Of a DNA stretch of 64,000 bases, positions 13,581-25,405 are shown piece by piece (position 1 is the stretch's first letter; every line of letters starts with the position of its first letter). A model generated the notes under the pieces. That model was given only the letters and a program-made list of their open reading frames with translations, was not told the DNA's origin and did no database searches. The position numbers and the translations under genes were made by a program. Source of the DNA: Camelus ferus (taxonomy: Eukaryota); NCBI RefSeq assembly GCF_009834535.1, contig NC_045696.1, forward strand, positions 19,904,001 through 19,968,000. Reading direction: 5' to 3'.

Positions 13581-13620
13581 CCATTGCTCCTCTTCAAGAT
13601 GAACTATTTTTGAGTAATCT
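13581..13620 (-). CDS. Candidate 40-nt internal exon, (R)DYSKIVHLEEEQW
   Basis: Acceptor tgcatttcttttag|A, donor TGG|gtaaat; phase 2 in, phase 0 out; open frame; non-repetitive context. Confidence 0.42.
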
Positions 13621-14167
13621 CTAAAAGAAATGCATTACTTCCTACAGCGTTTCCTGTAGTCAGTGCTTAATATTTCAGTCCAACCTCCATCTGCTGCCTA
13701 TTTCTTCAACAGCTACCACACTTACTGCTTCCAACTTGCCCTTTCTTGCCAATCTATCTTTTCTGGAGTGATTGGAATTCCACTAATCCTTAAACCTCTA
13801 GTAATTTACCTTGAATTTTAATGCCTTAACTATTTTATTTGCTTAAAAATAATTGATGTTTGTAAGAATCTTCAACGGAGTAAATCCCCCTGCTTGTCCA
13901 AAGGGAAATTCCTACAGATATTACTTTTACAAAGTGACTTGACCAATGTATATATTAATTTACCCACACACACAATAGTGATCATTACAATAATATTCTT
14001 GGCACATAACTTGCATTCAAAAATTTTTTGTCATGTAGACAATATAGATGACATAATGTAGACTAGCCTCCGGCTTTTATAACTCCCATTTTTATTTGCT
14101 GACACATTAGGTGCATTGACATTGATAGATATACACATATCCACATGGTGTATTGCTGTACATGGAT

Positions 14168-14290
14168 ACAGTATTGTTATCTCTACTCTTAGTTAGAGAA
14201 ATTGAAGTTGGAGGGTCAGATACGGATTTAATCATACAGCTGGCAAAACTCTCTGGACTCATCACTTTGGACTTTCTATCACACCAGTTC
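14168..14290 (-). mobile_element. MIR fragment
   Basis: TATTGTTATCTCTACTCTTAGTTAGAGAAATTGAAGTTGGAG...CATACAGCTGG. Confidence 0.5.
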
Positions 14291-14946
14291 CTTTCATAAT
14301 ATTTATCTTCTCATACATTTTCCATATTTAGGGGGGAAAATCTGAGTAAAATAGGAATTAATTGCTTATCCTTTGAATCTTTAACTCTCCTGAAGTATCC
14401 TTGTGAAGTAAGGTCCTGAGAAGGGACTTTATACATTCAAGTTTAAATACAGAAGTCCATGTGTTCAAAATAAACCTCCGTTTTCTGAGAAAAGGATGTG
14501 TTATATATGCTAAGAAGCTTAGAACCCAATTTATAAATTAATCAGAGAAGTAAATCTTAGGGAAGTTACCTCTGTTACTTTCGAGTGTGCCCTTGAAACA
14601 ATGTATTTATGAAGGATGTTTTGTTTTCAGCTTTAACCACATCCAGTTGATTCCCATCTGATACAGATTTTGAGTTCCTTTTTATCTTTACTCTACAAAT
14701 AAATCAGTGATGTGAAGAGAACTCAATCACAGTAGGAAAATACTTTCACAGCTGCCTGCCTTTCAGTAATTAACACTTGCTTCTCAGTATACAAAATACT
14801 AGGCTCACACATGCAAATGTTTATAAAATATTTCTTAGGTGAATAATAAATATGATTTTTCTAATGCATTATATCCCAGATTGGTATACTTTACATTCAT
14901 TCACATGGTGTGGAAAGCAAAGAACACATCCCCCCTCAAACAACTA

Positions 14947-15460
14947 CACATCTTCCTTGACTTACAACGAGGTTATGTCCGGATAAAACCCTTTATAAGT
15001 TGAAGAGATTCTTAGTAAAATACATTTAGTACACCTGATCTGCCAAACCTCATGCCTTAGCCTAGCCTGCCTTAAATGTGCACAGAACACTTCCATTAAC
15101 CTACAGTTGGGCAAAATCATCTAATCATCTAACGCAAAGCCTATTTTATAATAAAGTGGTGGATATCTCAGGTAATTTATTGAATACTGTACTGGAAGTT
15201 AAAAAAAATAGAATGGTTATTATATGGTTACAAAATGGTTGTAGGGCTATAGATTGTTTACACTTGTGATTATGTGCCTGACTGGGAGCTATGGCTTCTC
15301 ACCCTGCCCAGCATCAAGAGAGAATTTTACTGCACGTTGCTAGCCTGGGGAAAGTTCAAAATTCAAATTTGAAGTATAGATTCTACTGAATGTGTATAGC
15401 TTCCACATCATGGCAGAGTTGAAAAATCATAAGCCCAACTCTCTTAAGTTGGAAATCTAT
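14947..15460 (+). mobile_element. TcMar-Tigger MITE, MER47/Tigger5-like
   Basis: CTTGACTTACAACGAGGTTATGTCCGGATAAAACCC...TTAGCCTAGCCTGCCTTAAATGTGCACAGAACACTT...CCTACAGTTGGGCAAAATCATCTAA; contains an internal 8-bp duplication AATCATCT. Confidence 0.8.
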
Positions 15461-15798
15461 ACACGCTTACCACAGCACAATATATTTATATCAAGAATGA
15501 AAGGTAAATGATGAAAAAAAATTCATGCATTGGGAGAAAAGTCATTTGATGTAAGGAAGATTTAGTGATTTTTCTTCCATTTGAGTATGAAAGAATAATA
15601 TCTATTTAGAGAAATTATAGCAAAACTCCAGGCAGAGGTACATATTTTAAGGGCCAATTCTGAAAACCCATGGAATGTTAAGCTATTAAAAAGGCTTTAA
15701 AAACATTTTTATATCAGTTTTTTGTTTTTTGGGTTTTTTTTACCTTGAAATAGCAAGATGTAAAGTCTTTAGGACTTTAGCAAGATGTTTGCTCAAAG

Positions 15799-16435
15799 TG
15801 TTGCTGGTAGATGTACCCACTGTCTAGGTTTTTATCTCATCTCAGGAAGAATTCAGAGACAAGACACAGAGGTTAAGGAAATAAAGTGAGGATTTATTAT
15901 GGGATGGATTGCACGCTCTGAAGGGGAGAGCTGGCAGGCTCAGGAGAGCAGCTGCCTTGAGTTTCTTTGGCAAGTTGGTTACATAGAGTGTAAAAATGGG
16001 TAGGCTATTCATTAGGGAGGGAAGGGTTTGGGGTCATATTCCCTGCTTTTCATCCGAGCTCCACCTTCCCAAAGGGAGGAGGGGTTTTGGCCCTTATTTA
16101 GTCTGGATCAGAAGCGTCGCAGTGTCTGTGCTTGATGGGTACTTCTAAACCGCAAGTCTAATTTTATTATAATGAGTGCATATAGAGCAAAAGGTTGCTT
16201 TGGGACACAGGAGATTCCTGCCTTTTCCACCTCCAGTCCTCTCATCACCCCAAAATGTGTGACTGCTTATGGCCCAGAGGTTCCTGCTTTTCTTTCTCTG
16301 CCCTGGGACCCCTGGTGCTTACATGATGTATGACTTCCTGCATTTGGCCCGTGCCCCTCCTTTCCACCCAACTCCTGCCATTTGGTCTGCGTCCCCATTT
16401 CTCTGCTCATATCTAGCTATCTGCCTGCTCTAACA
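15799..16435 (-). mobile_element. Solo ERV1-class LTR (637 bp)
   Basis: TG...CA termini (TGTT...AACA); perfect 4-bp TSD AAAG at 15795-15798 and 16436-16439; minus-strand AATAAA at 15893-15898 near the U5 end. Confidence 0.85.
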
Positions 16436-17019
16436 AAAGGATGGATGAATGGTTGATCACTACGAAAAGCATCCTTAGGAATATGGCTCTTATACCTGAT
16501 TATTATTGTCTGGCAGTTGATGGAGAATGTCAGGTTGTCTTCTCGAACTCTGGCTCTCATCCCTTGTGCTACTATGCTTCTACTGCCTGAAGGATTCCTG
16601 ACCTTTCGGTTTCAGCTCTTCTCTGCTCTCCTCTGTCTTCTGTCCCAGGTCTCTTACTGCTCAGACTCCCTGGGTTCCACATCAGACGGCTTGACTGCCT
16701 CCTCTGTGCAGTGAGTCAGCTCTGAGATCTAGAGGTCAGCATGCCTACTCTCCGCCTCACACGTCTCAAAGTGATTCTCGATCTCCTTAAGTCAATCCAA
16801 CATCCGCAGTTGCTGTCTTTTCCTGTGTTCCAATTTGTGCATTAATTTCTAAGAATAAGGCAAGTGAAATGTTAGGGACATCGTTTTGTTACAATTAAAC
16901 GCATCACGTATCATCAAATGATAATCTTTGTTGGAGATCATCTATATTATATTTCATTAGCAGTCAGTTTAGAAAAAACAGGAAACAATCAATAAAATCT
17001 TTTGACAACTTTCTTAGTC

Positions 17020-20000
17020 CCTTTTCCTGATTTTAATGATGTAACACAGTAAAATTCAAAAGTTCAAAAAGTATATAATGACAATACTTCCTCCCACCTC
17101 AGTGAGGCATGATATTGAAGTTCTCACTGTATAACCTCAGTTTTCCCACACTACCCACCAATCCTATCAGTCTTTTATGTTCTTCTAGAGGTATTTTATG
17201 TGCTTGGAAGGAGCGCGGAGTAGCTAGCTAGATATTTATATTTTTGTGTAAAATGACTATCACATAGAATAGTGTTCACTTTAACATTTTCCTCTAGTAA
17301 TGTTTTTGGAGCTGACTTCTTCCAATTTTCTCTTCATTTCCCTCTGTTTTTCCGGGGCTGTGTGCAGCCCATGCTTAGATCCATCCTACTTTGTCTTGAC
17401 TTTTATTGATGTGTTCATGTGTCATTTCAAAATTTTTGAATAAACTTGAACTAAACACTCAGCAATGGGGTTTTACTGATTTAAAGGGTTCTTGTTTTTC
17501 TAAGAGACAAGCTATTTGAAAAGATACAATATCTGCCCACAGTGCACTTTGTAATCCCACCAGCAGTGTGTGACAGTGTCTCATTTCCCGTCTTACTGGC
17601 ATCTTTGCCCATCTGAGAGGGGGAAAATCATACCTTAGTGGGTTTTTTTTTTCGCTTATGTATTTGTTTTCAGATGGCCTAACATCTCCTCTTATGCTTA
17701 ACAGCTATTTGTATCTGCTTTTCTGTGAACTCTTTACCCTTTTGTTTGTTGTTTCTATTGTGCTATTCATTCTCTTCAAAATAGATTTTTATAATTATAT
17801 ATTTGCCTTAGTGATGTGTTGCAATTACTTCTCCCTGTTTGACAGAATGTCTTTCTAATGGTGGTCTGTTTTCTCATCTAGAGGATTTCTAGTGTTAAAA
17901 ATGTGAATGTAGGCAAATGTCTTTTTCAGTTTCACATAATTCGGTCAGAGTTAGGTAGGCTTCATGCACTGAGTGTTGGTAAAGCAATCTTCTCCTGGTT
18001 TCTTCTGTCACTTTTATGAATCTGTTTTCTACCTAAAGTTTCTTTTTTTTTCCATTTTGAAATGAATATGGATTCAAGTTTCTTTTTTTCCCCAGATAAC
18101 TATCACTGATTTGTCAAATCTACGTCCTGACCTCTACTGTATACTTAATTTTTTATAATATTTAGGTGCATTTCTGGACTTTCTATTGTTTTACATCTAC
18201 CTGTCTGCCATTTCACTATCATGTTTTTACTAATAATTTTTTTAGTACAGAAATATTTACCTTTTCATATTTTATTAATGATTTTGTTTCACTATAAATA
18301 GATGTTTTCTACTTAACATCTGTTTATAATATCATGATATATATTACATATAATATATGTGATATATATTATTCTATATAATATAATATATAAATTCTTC
18401 ACCAAATATCAAATGATTTTAGATTGCTGAGGATGGAAAAACTATTCCTTGTCATTATTTTATAATTAAAATTCCTTGTCCTTGTCCTTGTTTTATTCCT
18501 TGTCCTTATTTTATTATTAGTTTACTATGTTTTTGATTTATGTTTACTAATAGGTGGTATTTTTGTAGTATGTTAATCAATTAAATTAGTTTATTGTTTT
18601 TCATTTTTGCATCATCTTTGACAAATTAGGGCTCCATGCTATGCAAGCTTCAAAAAAAAAAAGAAATCTTTCTTTTTATTTTCTGGAACAATTTTAATAG
18701 ATGTGGAAACTTATGTTCCTTACAATTTAAATTCTCCATTATACTATCTGGATCTTGGAGTTTTTTGAGGGTTTTAAGACAAATTTCTCTCTTTTTTTCA
18801 ATGAGCTATTTGCTTAATGCTTTCATATGTACTAGGAATATTTACAGTACTATATGTTCATACTAAATCATCTATTTCAGTCAGTATCTCAAAGTTATCT
18901 TCATAATTTTGAGCAAAATTGCCCTCGAATTTATAGTTTTGAACAAAATTTTTCCTAAGTGTCTTTAAATATCCAATGTACGAATGGTTATTTTCCCATT
19001 ATAATTATATATAGGTGCCATATATTATTCCTTATTTCTGATTACTATAGCTACTTATTTTCTTCCTGTTTTACTGAGATATAATTGATATACAGCACTA
19101 AGTGTAAGGTGTACAACATGATGATTTGACTTACACACATTATGAAATGATTACCTCAGTAAGCTGAATGAATATCCATCATCTCAAATAGATACAAAAA
19201 GCAGAAAGAGAAAAAAAATTTTTGTCCTTATGTTGAGAACTCTTAGGATTTATTTTAGTATTTTATTCACAGAATTGGCTTTATGGTTTAATAACCAATT
19301 ATTATAGTATTTTACTTCTAATCCATTAATTTTTGCTAATTAAGTTTTTAATGCCATCTTCTTTATTTTGTGCTCTTTCCCTAAGCTTTTAAGTTATATG
19401 CTAAAAATGTTTATTTTTATATTTAACTTAATATAAAAATTTAGAATTATCAATTACACTTATGATAATTACTTTAGTTGTATCCCAGATGAAATTGTAG
19501 TTTGGATTTCCTTTTGACCTAAGAATTGTTTGAAGAAGAGCTTTGTTGACATTGTTGCCTTGTTTTTTAATTTCCATGTATAGTGTGCTTTTTCATTTCT
19601 GATTTGTTATCTATGTCTGGTTTTATCCTATTGAGATCATAGAATGTTTTTTGTACTATTTTTTTTCTTTCTGGAATTTATTGAAGCTTACTTTGTGGAG
19701 AAATAGATACTCATTGTTCGAATGCTCCATGTATAAGACAATCATTTTTAAAATACTCTTTGTCCAAAAGAATGTCAAGTCCCCGCTTTTAAAAAATACA
19801 ATATGATATATCAAAATTAGATTTACTTGCTCTCATGTCTGTATATTCGTCTTTATCTCATTCGGCTTGACTTAAGATGATGGGAGTATAAAGTGTTTCT
19901 TCCTATGCTCTGTCTTCATCCGTTTTTCTTTGTTATCCCATGTGGTGGTTGTTATGGCTGCAGATGCTATGATATTTTGATGCTTAATATAGGCATTTTT

Positions 20001-21700
20001 ATGGTACTTTGATAGAAATCTTAAGTGCTTGGGTAAAACTTTATTTTTAAAAACTGTATTGTTTTTCAGTTATTCGGAATAGTTCCCAGAACCACCTCCA
20101 TCATCTCTGCTAAATGTAGAAATTATCATACTATTTATTTTTTGGTAATGAGCTGGGTACATAGTGATGTTTCATTGCAAATTCAATTTTCACTTCTTTG
20201 ACCAGTAAGAAGATGACCACGCCATTTGACATCATATATTTAAATGGTCATTTGGTTTTGCTCTTTGTGACTTTTTCACATACTTTTTCTGTTTATATGC
20301 TAACTTAGGTTTAATTTTGTAATTAATTAGCACATTTGTTTATAGTAGAGATCTTTTATTTGATATCCAAGTTTCAAATATTGTTCTTAATTATTTTTGT
20401 ATAATAAATTTGTCATATCTTTTGTCTTATGAAAGTTTTAAATTTTATATAGCCAAATGTGATTTTTTTTCTTTTACAATGACATTTATGGTTTCTTAAT
20501 TTGCCTCTAAGAAACTGGACCTCTGTTTCCATGATAAGCCCCAAAATTTAAAACTACTAAAAACATTTATTTTTGCCCCCTCAAAAGTACTTGGTCTATC
20601 CATGGCCTTTTGTTGTTGTTGGTCCATATTAATCTTAAAATTATCTGATCAAGTACTACGATGAGCCATGTGTGACTTCTATTAAATTTAAGTTAATTTG
20701 TATAGTTTTTACTTAAAAGTGTGTTAAATCTAACCATTGACTTAGATTCTCTTTTAGTATGCATGCACTTCATATGTTTTGTTTCCATTCTAAACTGTCT
20801 CTTAAAACCCTTAAAGTAGAACCTTGAACATCACCTTTTAAAAACTAATGATTCTAATTGTGTTTGAGAAGACTATGAACTCTCAGATTGTTGTGTATAA
20901 TATTCTATGTATATTCATTAGACAATTTCCAATTGTTTTCTAATTGTGTTGATTTTATTATAATTTTATTAGTTTTTTCATTTGTTTCATCAGAAAAACA
21001 CTGTTAAAAAACATGGTGAGATTCTCCATTTTTCAAATTTTTCATTTTCAAATTTATGTTAAATTTCATTTTTATATTTTGGAGTTATGTCATCATTTGC
21101 ATAGAAATTTTGCATTCTTATCTCATCACCATTAATTGAAAATGATCATTTTTTTTACATGACTGAACACTTGTAATATTTTTCCCTACAAAGGCAATTG
21201 TTTTGTGATATTAATTGTGTTATTAATTAAGCCAAACTAGATTTCTGTTTGTTATTATTTTTTGGCATGTATTTTCTATCCTTTCTGTTTCAATATTTAT
21301 TTCCTTATAATGTCAGGATTTCTTTACACAGCATATTGCTGGATTTTGTTTCTTTATGCAGCTTCATTATATTAATTTGTAGTTAGAAATTTAACCATGT
21401 AATATACTATGAATTCTGACCTATATGGATTACTTCTAACATCTTATTACATGTTTTCTCTTTGTCCAACTTTTTCAGCCTCATTTTTGCCCACTTTTTC
21501 TTCTCATGCTTTCTTTTGGATTGACTGGGTTTTGCCATCCCCATCATTTCATCCCCCCTTCCCTTTTCTGCTGGATTCCTGATTCTCTGTTTATTTTACA
21601 AAGTATTATTAACAGTTATAAAATTACTTTACACAGTTACATCTCAAGCAACACAAGGACCCAGTCACTCTCTTCTATCTTAGATACTAGTGTTTTGCCA
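17020..21700 (-). mobile_element. Patchwork of ancient L1M/L1ME ORF2 and 3' remnants
   Basis: Strong T skew; L1 ORF2-end motifs such as TAATCCCACCAGCAGTGTGTGACAGTGTC and TTTCTGGACTTTCTATTGTTTTACAT; boundaries approximate. Confidence 0.65.
19060..19255 (-). mobile_element. L1MA-type 3' tip nested in the older L1
   Basis: TTTACTGAGATATAATTGATATACAG...AAGGTGTACAACATGATGATTTGAC...TGAGAACTCTTAGGATTTA. Confidence 0.8.
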
Positions 21701-22199
21701 AAGTTTCTGCTGGGTATGTTATTTTCTTTGCCGTCACAGTGAGGCTCAGCACTAGCTGGTAGGGATGTCATAGCAATTTGTTATAGTAAGTTTAGCAGGC
21801 AGCCACATTTTCAGAGAGGATTCCACTATCCCTAATTCCATCATTCCTCTAAAATATACACACCTGAGCCTACTTCACAGAGCTTTGAAGATCAAGGCCT
21901 CCCCATAATCTATTGTTTTATATTCAACCCTCCCCTAGGTTACTTCCATAGACCTCTTTCCTCTGATTTTTCAGGAATACCTAAGTATTTCTTTAATTCT
22001 AAGGGTACAGAAAGGATAAAGCATGCGTTAGAGGATTGGGGGCTGCAGAAACGTTTTAGTCTAAAATCTATCCAAAACTTTTCTATTTCACTGATCTCTA
22101 AATAATTTACATTAGACTTGTATGTTATAGACATTATAATTTGTTTATTAAGAGCATGTGCTCAAGTAGAAGTAGCTTAAATTCTACATTCACTATTCA

Positions 22200-22350
22200 C
22201 TTTCCTTTTGACCTTGGCATTTCCTTCCTATCTCTAAGTATTAGTTCCTTATGTGAAATAGAATTAAGTGTCAGCCTCATAGGACTGTTATCCATAAAGT
22301 TTTCAGAACACTGAGCAGGAAGTCTGACACCAAGAAGAGTTCAAGAACTT
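22200..22350 (+). mobile_element. MIR fragment
   Basis: TGACCTTGGCATTTCCTTCCTATCTCTAAG...GCCTCATAGGACTGTTAT. Confidence 0.5.
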
Positions 22351-22595
22351 ATAGATTCTGTTTCTTCACATTTTCTCTTTGCAACTTCATTAATTTATAC
22401 ATTTTAAACATCACATCCTAACTATTGCTTCTCTAATACTGGCTTTATTGTTTGTTGGCTTTCTTGAGATAAGTGTCTTCATTATATGTTTTTAAAAAAT
22501 TTTTAATGATAAAATACTTCAAAGATAAAGAGTTTTCCTTTGACACAGCTTTGGTTACACCTCTAAATTTTTACTGGTAGTATTTTCGCTTTTGC

Positions 22596-22830
22596 TATTT
22601 TTTAAATAGATTTGTTTAGAGCAGTTTTAGGTTCACAGAAAAATTGAGCAGAAGATGTGGAGATTTCCCATATACCCCCTGCCTCCACATTTGCATAGTC
22701 TCCTTGATTGTCAACTTCCTCCATCAGAGTGGCACCTTTGTGTCAACTGATGACTGTGGACTGACACATCATTATCACCCAAAATCTGTGGTTTACATTA
22801 CGGTTCACTCTTGGTGTTGTACATTCTATT
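22596..22830 (-). mobile_element. L1MC1-3-like 3' end
   Basis: TTAGAGCAGTTTTAGGTTCACAGAAAAATTGAGCAGAAG...GATTTCCCATATACCCCCTGCC...GGTTCACTCTTGGTGTTGTACATTCTAT. Confidence 0.85.
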
Positions 22831-23949
22831 TTTCTCAATTATCTATTATTGTAATTTTTGCACAATGTTACAGTAAAATTATTTAGCATTATATATATAC
22901 ATTACCAATGTTTGCCAATTTCACTTTGAAATTACAACCATGAGCATAGTTAGGAATTCAGCTCTCAGATTCACAGCAGCTTTATTCATTATGATGTAGG
23001 CTGGACAACCAACTAAATCACCAATAATTCTGGATTGGTTTAAAAGAGATCATGTAAAATATCAATTAAAATAATAATGACGTATCACTCATTAAGTTGA
23101 AATTATATGGTAATGTATTTTCAAACCTTTATTAGTACTGTAACATTTTTCATGTTAATTTTTATGTAAAACAAAATATTTGTATATTTGTGTACACATA
23201 TGCATGAATGTGTGTGCTTATAATATTGAAATGGAGCCAGTTGAAATCTGAGAATGAAGGATGCAGAGCTAGCCATTTCATTTCCCACAAGAATTCTAAA
23301 GCTGCCCTATGGCACCTCTGAAGGGTTATTGGACCATGTGGAAGTGGAAAATCACTATTTTACTAAGTATTTGCAGAAGAAGATGAATACTCATAATATA
23401 TTGTCCCAATTTAAAACAGTAAGTAGACATAAGAAGAAAAACACTATGTTTGAAAGATATAGCAACCAATGTTTTTAAGGGATTATACATCATTATATTA
23501 ACAGTTTTTAGAAATTTTTGTAAGTGAGTATGCCCAGCTGATAGAGTCTTCTCTTCAACCCAAGCTCCAGAGGAATATTGATTCAAACTCTGAGTTCTCA
23601 GTTTTTTGAAAGACCACAGGCTTGGTATATAGCCCTGGCAGTGCCCCACATATACACTCTTAGGTATGCTGTTCATATTTGGCTCAAGATATGAAAAATC
23701 CTAGAATATAATATATATCTTCTTGAAAGGAAAATTGTGTGGGCAGTATTTCTATGTTAAGAAGAACTTTTTTTTAGTTAATCCTATTCTTTCAATCAGA
23801 ACGTATACAATAAATGACACACATAATATGTAAGCACAATGTATAAGACATTATAATGGAAATAGAGTAAAATTTACATGAATGTCTGTAACTAAGGGAA
23901 ATTTATCTATAGACTTGTTTTGGTAAAATAGAGAGATGCTTTTTTTCAC

Positions 23950-24000
23950 CTAACGTGCCTACTGTCAAATAAATTCCATATGAAAAAATTTGTTCTTTTT
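23950..24000 (-). CDS. Candidate 51-nt symmetric exon, KRTNFFIWNLFDSRHV(R)
   Basis: Acceptor ttcttttttttttttcccag|A, donor TAG|gtgaaa; phase 2 to 2; joins in frame to 13620. The acceptor could be a chance poly-T run. Confidence 0.33.
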
Positions 24001-24249
24001 CTGGGAAAAAAAAAAAAGAATAGATAATTAGAAATTGCAATATTAATGGACATAGACTCCTTGAAAATATGTCTTATGAGAAAATTGGAAAGCATAAAAA
24101 TGACAAATAACTATCTTGTATTGCCTATTCCTTCTGCCATGAATTAAACTTAATTTGATTCTTTCTGGATATACTAATCAAATGCTATTTACTGCTACAC
24201 AGCAGTTTGATGTTAAAGGCAGGTGAGACATTACAAAAAATGTCGGCTC

Positions 24250-24350
24250 ATTTTTCTCATTATTTATTGTATGCTTAGCACCATACCTGACACACAATTA
24301 AGCAACTAAAAGATAAGTGAATAAATGTGTTAATGAATCAATGAATGGAC
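24250..24350 (+). mobile_element. L2 3' tail
   Basis: GCTTAGCACCATACCTGACACACAATTAAGC...TGAATAAATGTGTTAATGAATCAATGAATG. Confidence 0.65.
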
Positions 24351-25094
24351 AAAAGAAAAATATTTAATACATACTTAATATATATTACAGTCCTCTGATA
24401 TAGCAGTATTTCTCAAATCTTATGGAAGTTATACAAAAGGTATATTAATCTGTCTTCTCTCTTTCGCTCACATACATGTGCATGCAAACCCACTCCCCTC
24501 CATACACAATCTTATACAATCCTCAGTTAAAACAAACATTGCTTTGACTGCAGAACTTCGAGAAGAATTGCCACATCCAAATGCCTCCTTCCCTCAGACT
24601 GAGGCATCTCTTGGGGAGCAGCGGGGGAGCTAACTGGGAAGACTGGAAGAGCTAATGTCACCTTCATTTCTCATTCTCCAGACTCTCCTAGAGTTCGTTG
24701 CCATTGTCACTCGTTTGACCCTTCAAATAGATGCAGCTTCATGCAGGTATAAATTGTTTTATTTCTATTAGTTCTAGATCCTTCTCTAAAAGGGAAATAA
24801 ACCTAATTCCAAGGGAGGTAACACCATCTTTCACATAGTGGGTACATAATTTAATTGCTCAGAAGTCTGGAGAAAGCACTACTTTCTAAGTCAAAGGCAG
24901 GGCCAAGCCAGCCCAGATTTCACACATAGAATTTTGAAATCCTCATCATATCTTTATAGCCATGTACCTTCTCCTGACATATGGTTAGCACTTAAAATCC
25001 TTCAAGAACTCTCTCTTCTTGTGTGAAAAGGTGTCTTGAACTAGTTAGCACCCTGCAGAGATGTCTTTCAGCTCAGATCTGAACTTTTACCTTC

Positions 25095-25405
25095 CACTCT
25101 GAAATCCAAAAACTTAACAATGGGGATTTTTTAATGACTCATTTGAATGACAGAATATGATTGGAATGATCATGAGACTATTTAGGTTTATGTTGTGCTG
25201 TTGTTACTGTTTTTAATTGCAATTAATGTGTGCATGTTTCATCATTTTATTTCAGCAGTGTTGTATATTGTCAAGACCCTACTGAAGTGTTAAGTGATGC
25301 ACCGTATCTGTGCCAATCTATCTTTCTAAAATATAAAAAAAAAAAAAGTGAATTCTGAAACACAACTTGCCCCAAAGATTTTGAGTAAGGGACTAAAAAT
25401 CTGTA
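25095..25405. mobile_element. Old TcMar-Tigger fragment
   Basis: Tigger-like terminus TTCTGAAACACAACTTGCCCCAAAGATTTTGAGTAAGGGACTAAAAATCTG|TA; left boundary uncertain. Confidence 0.5.
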
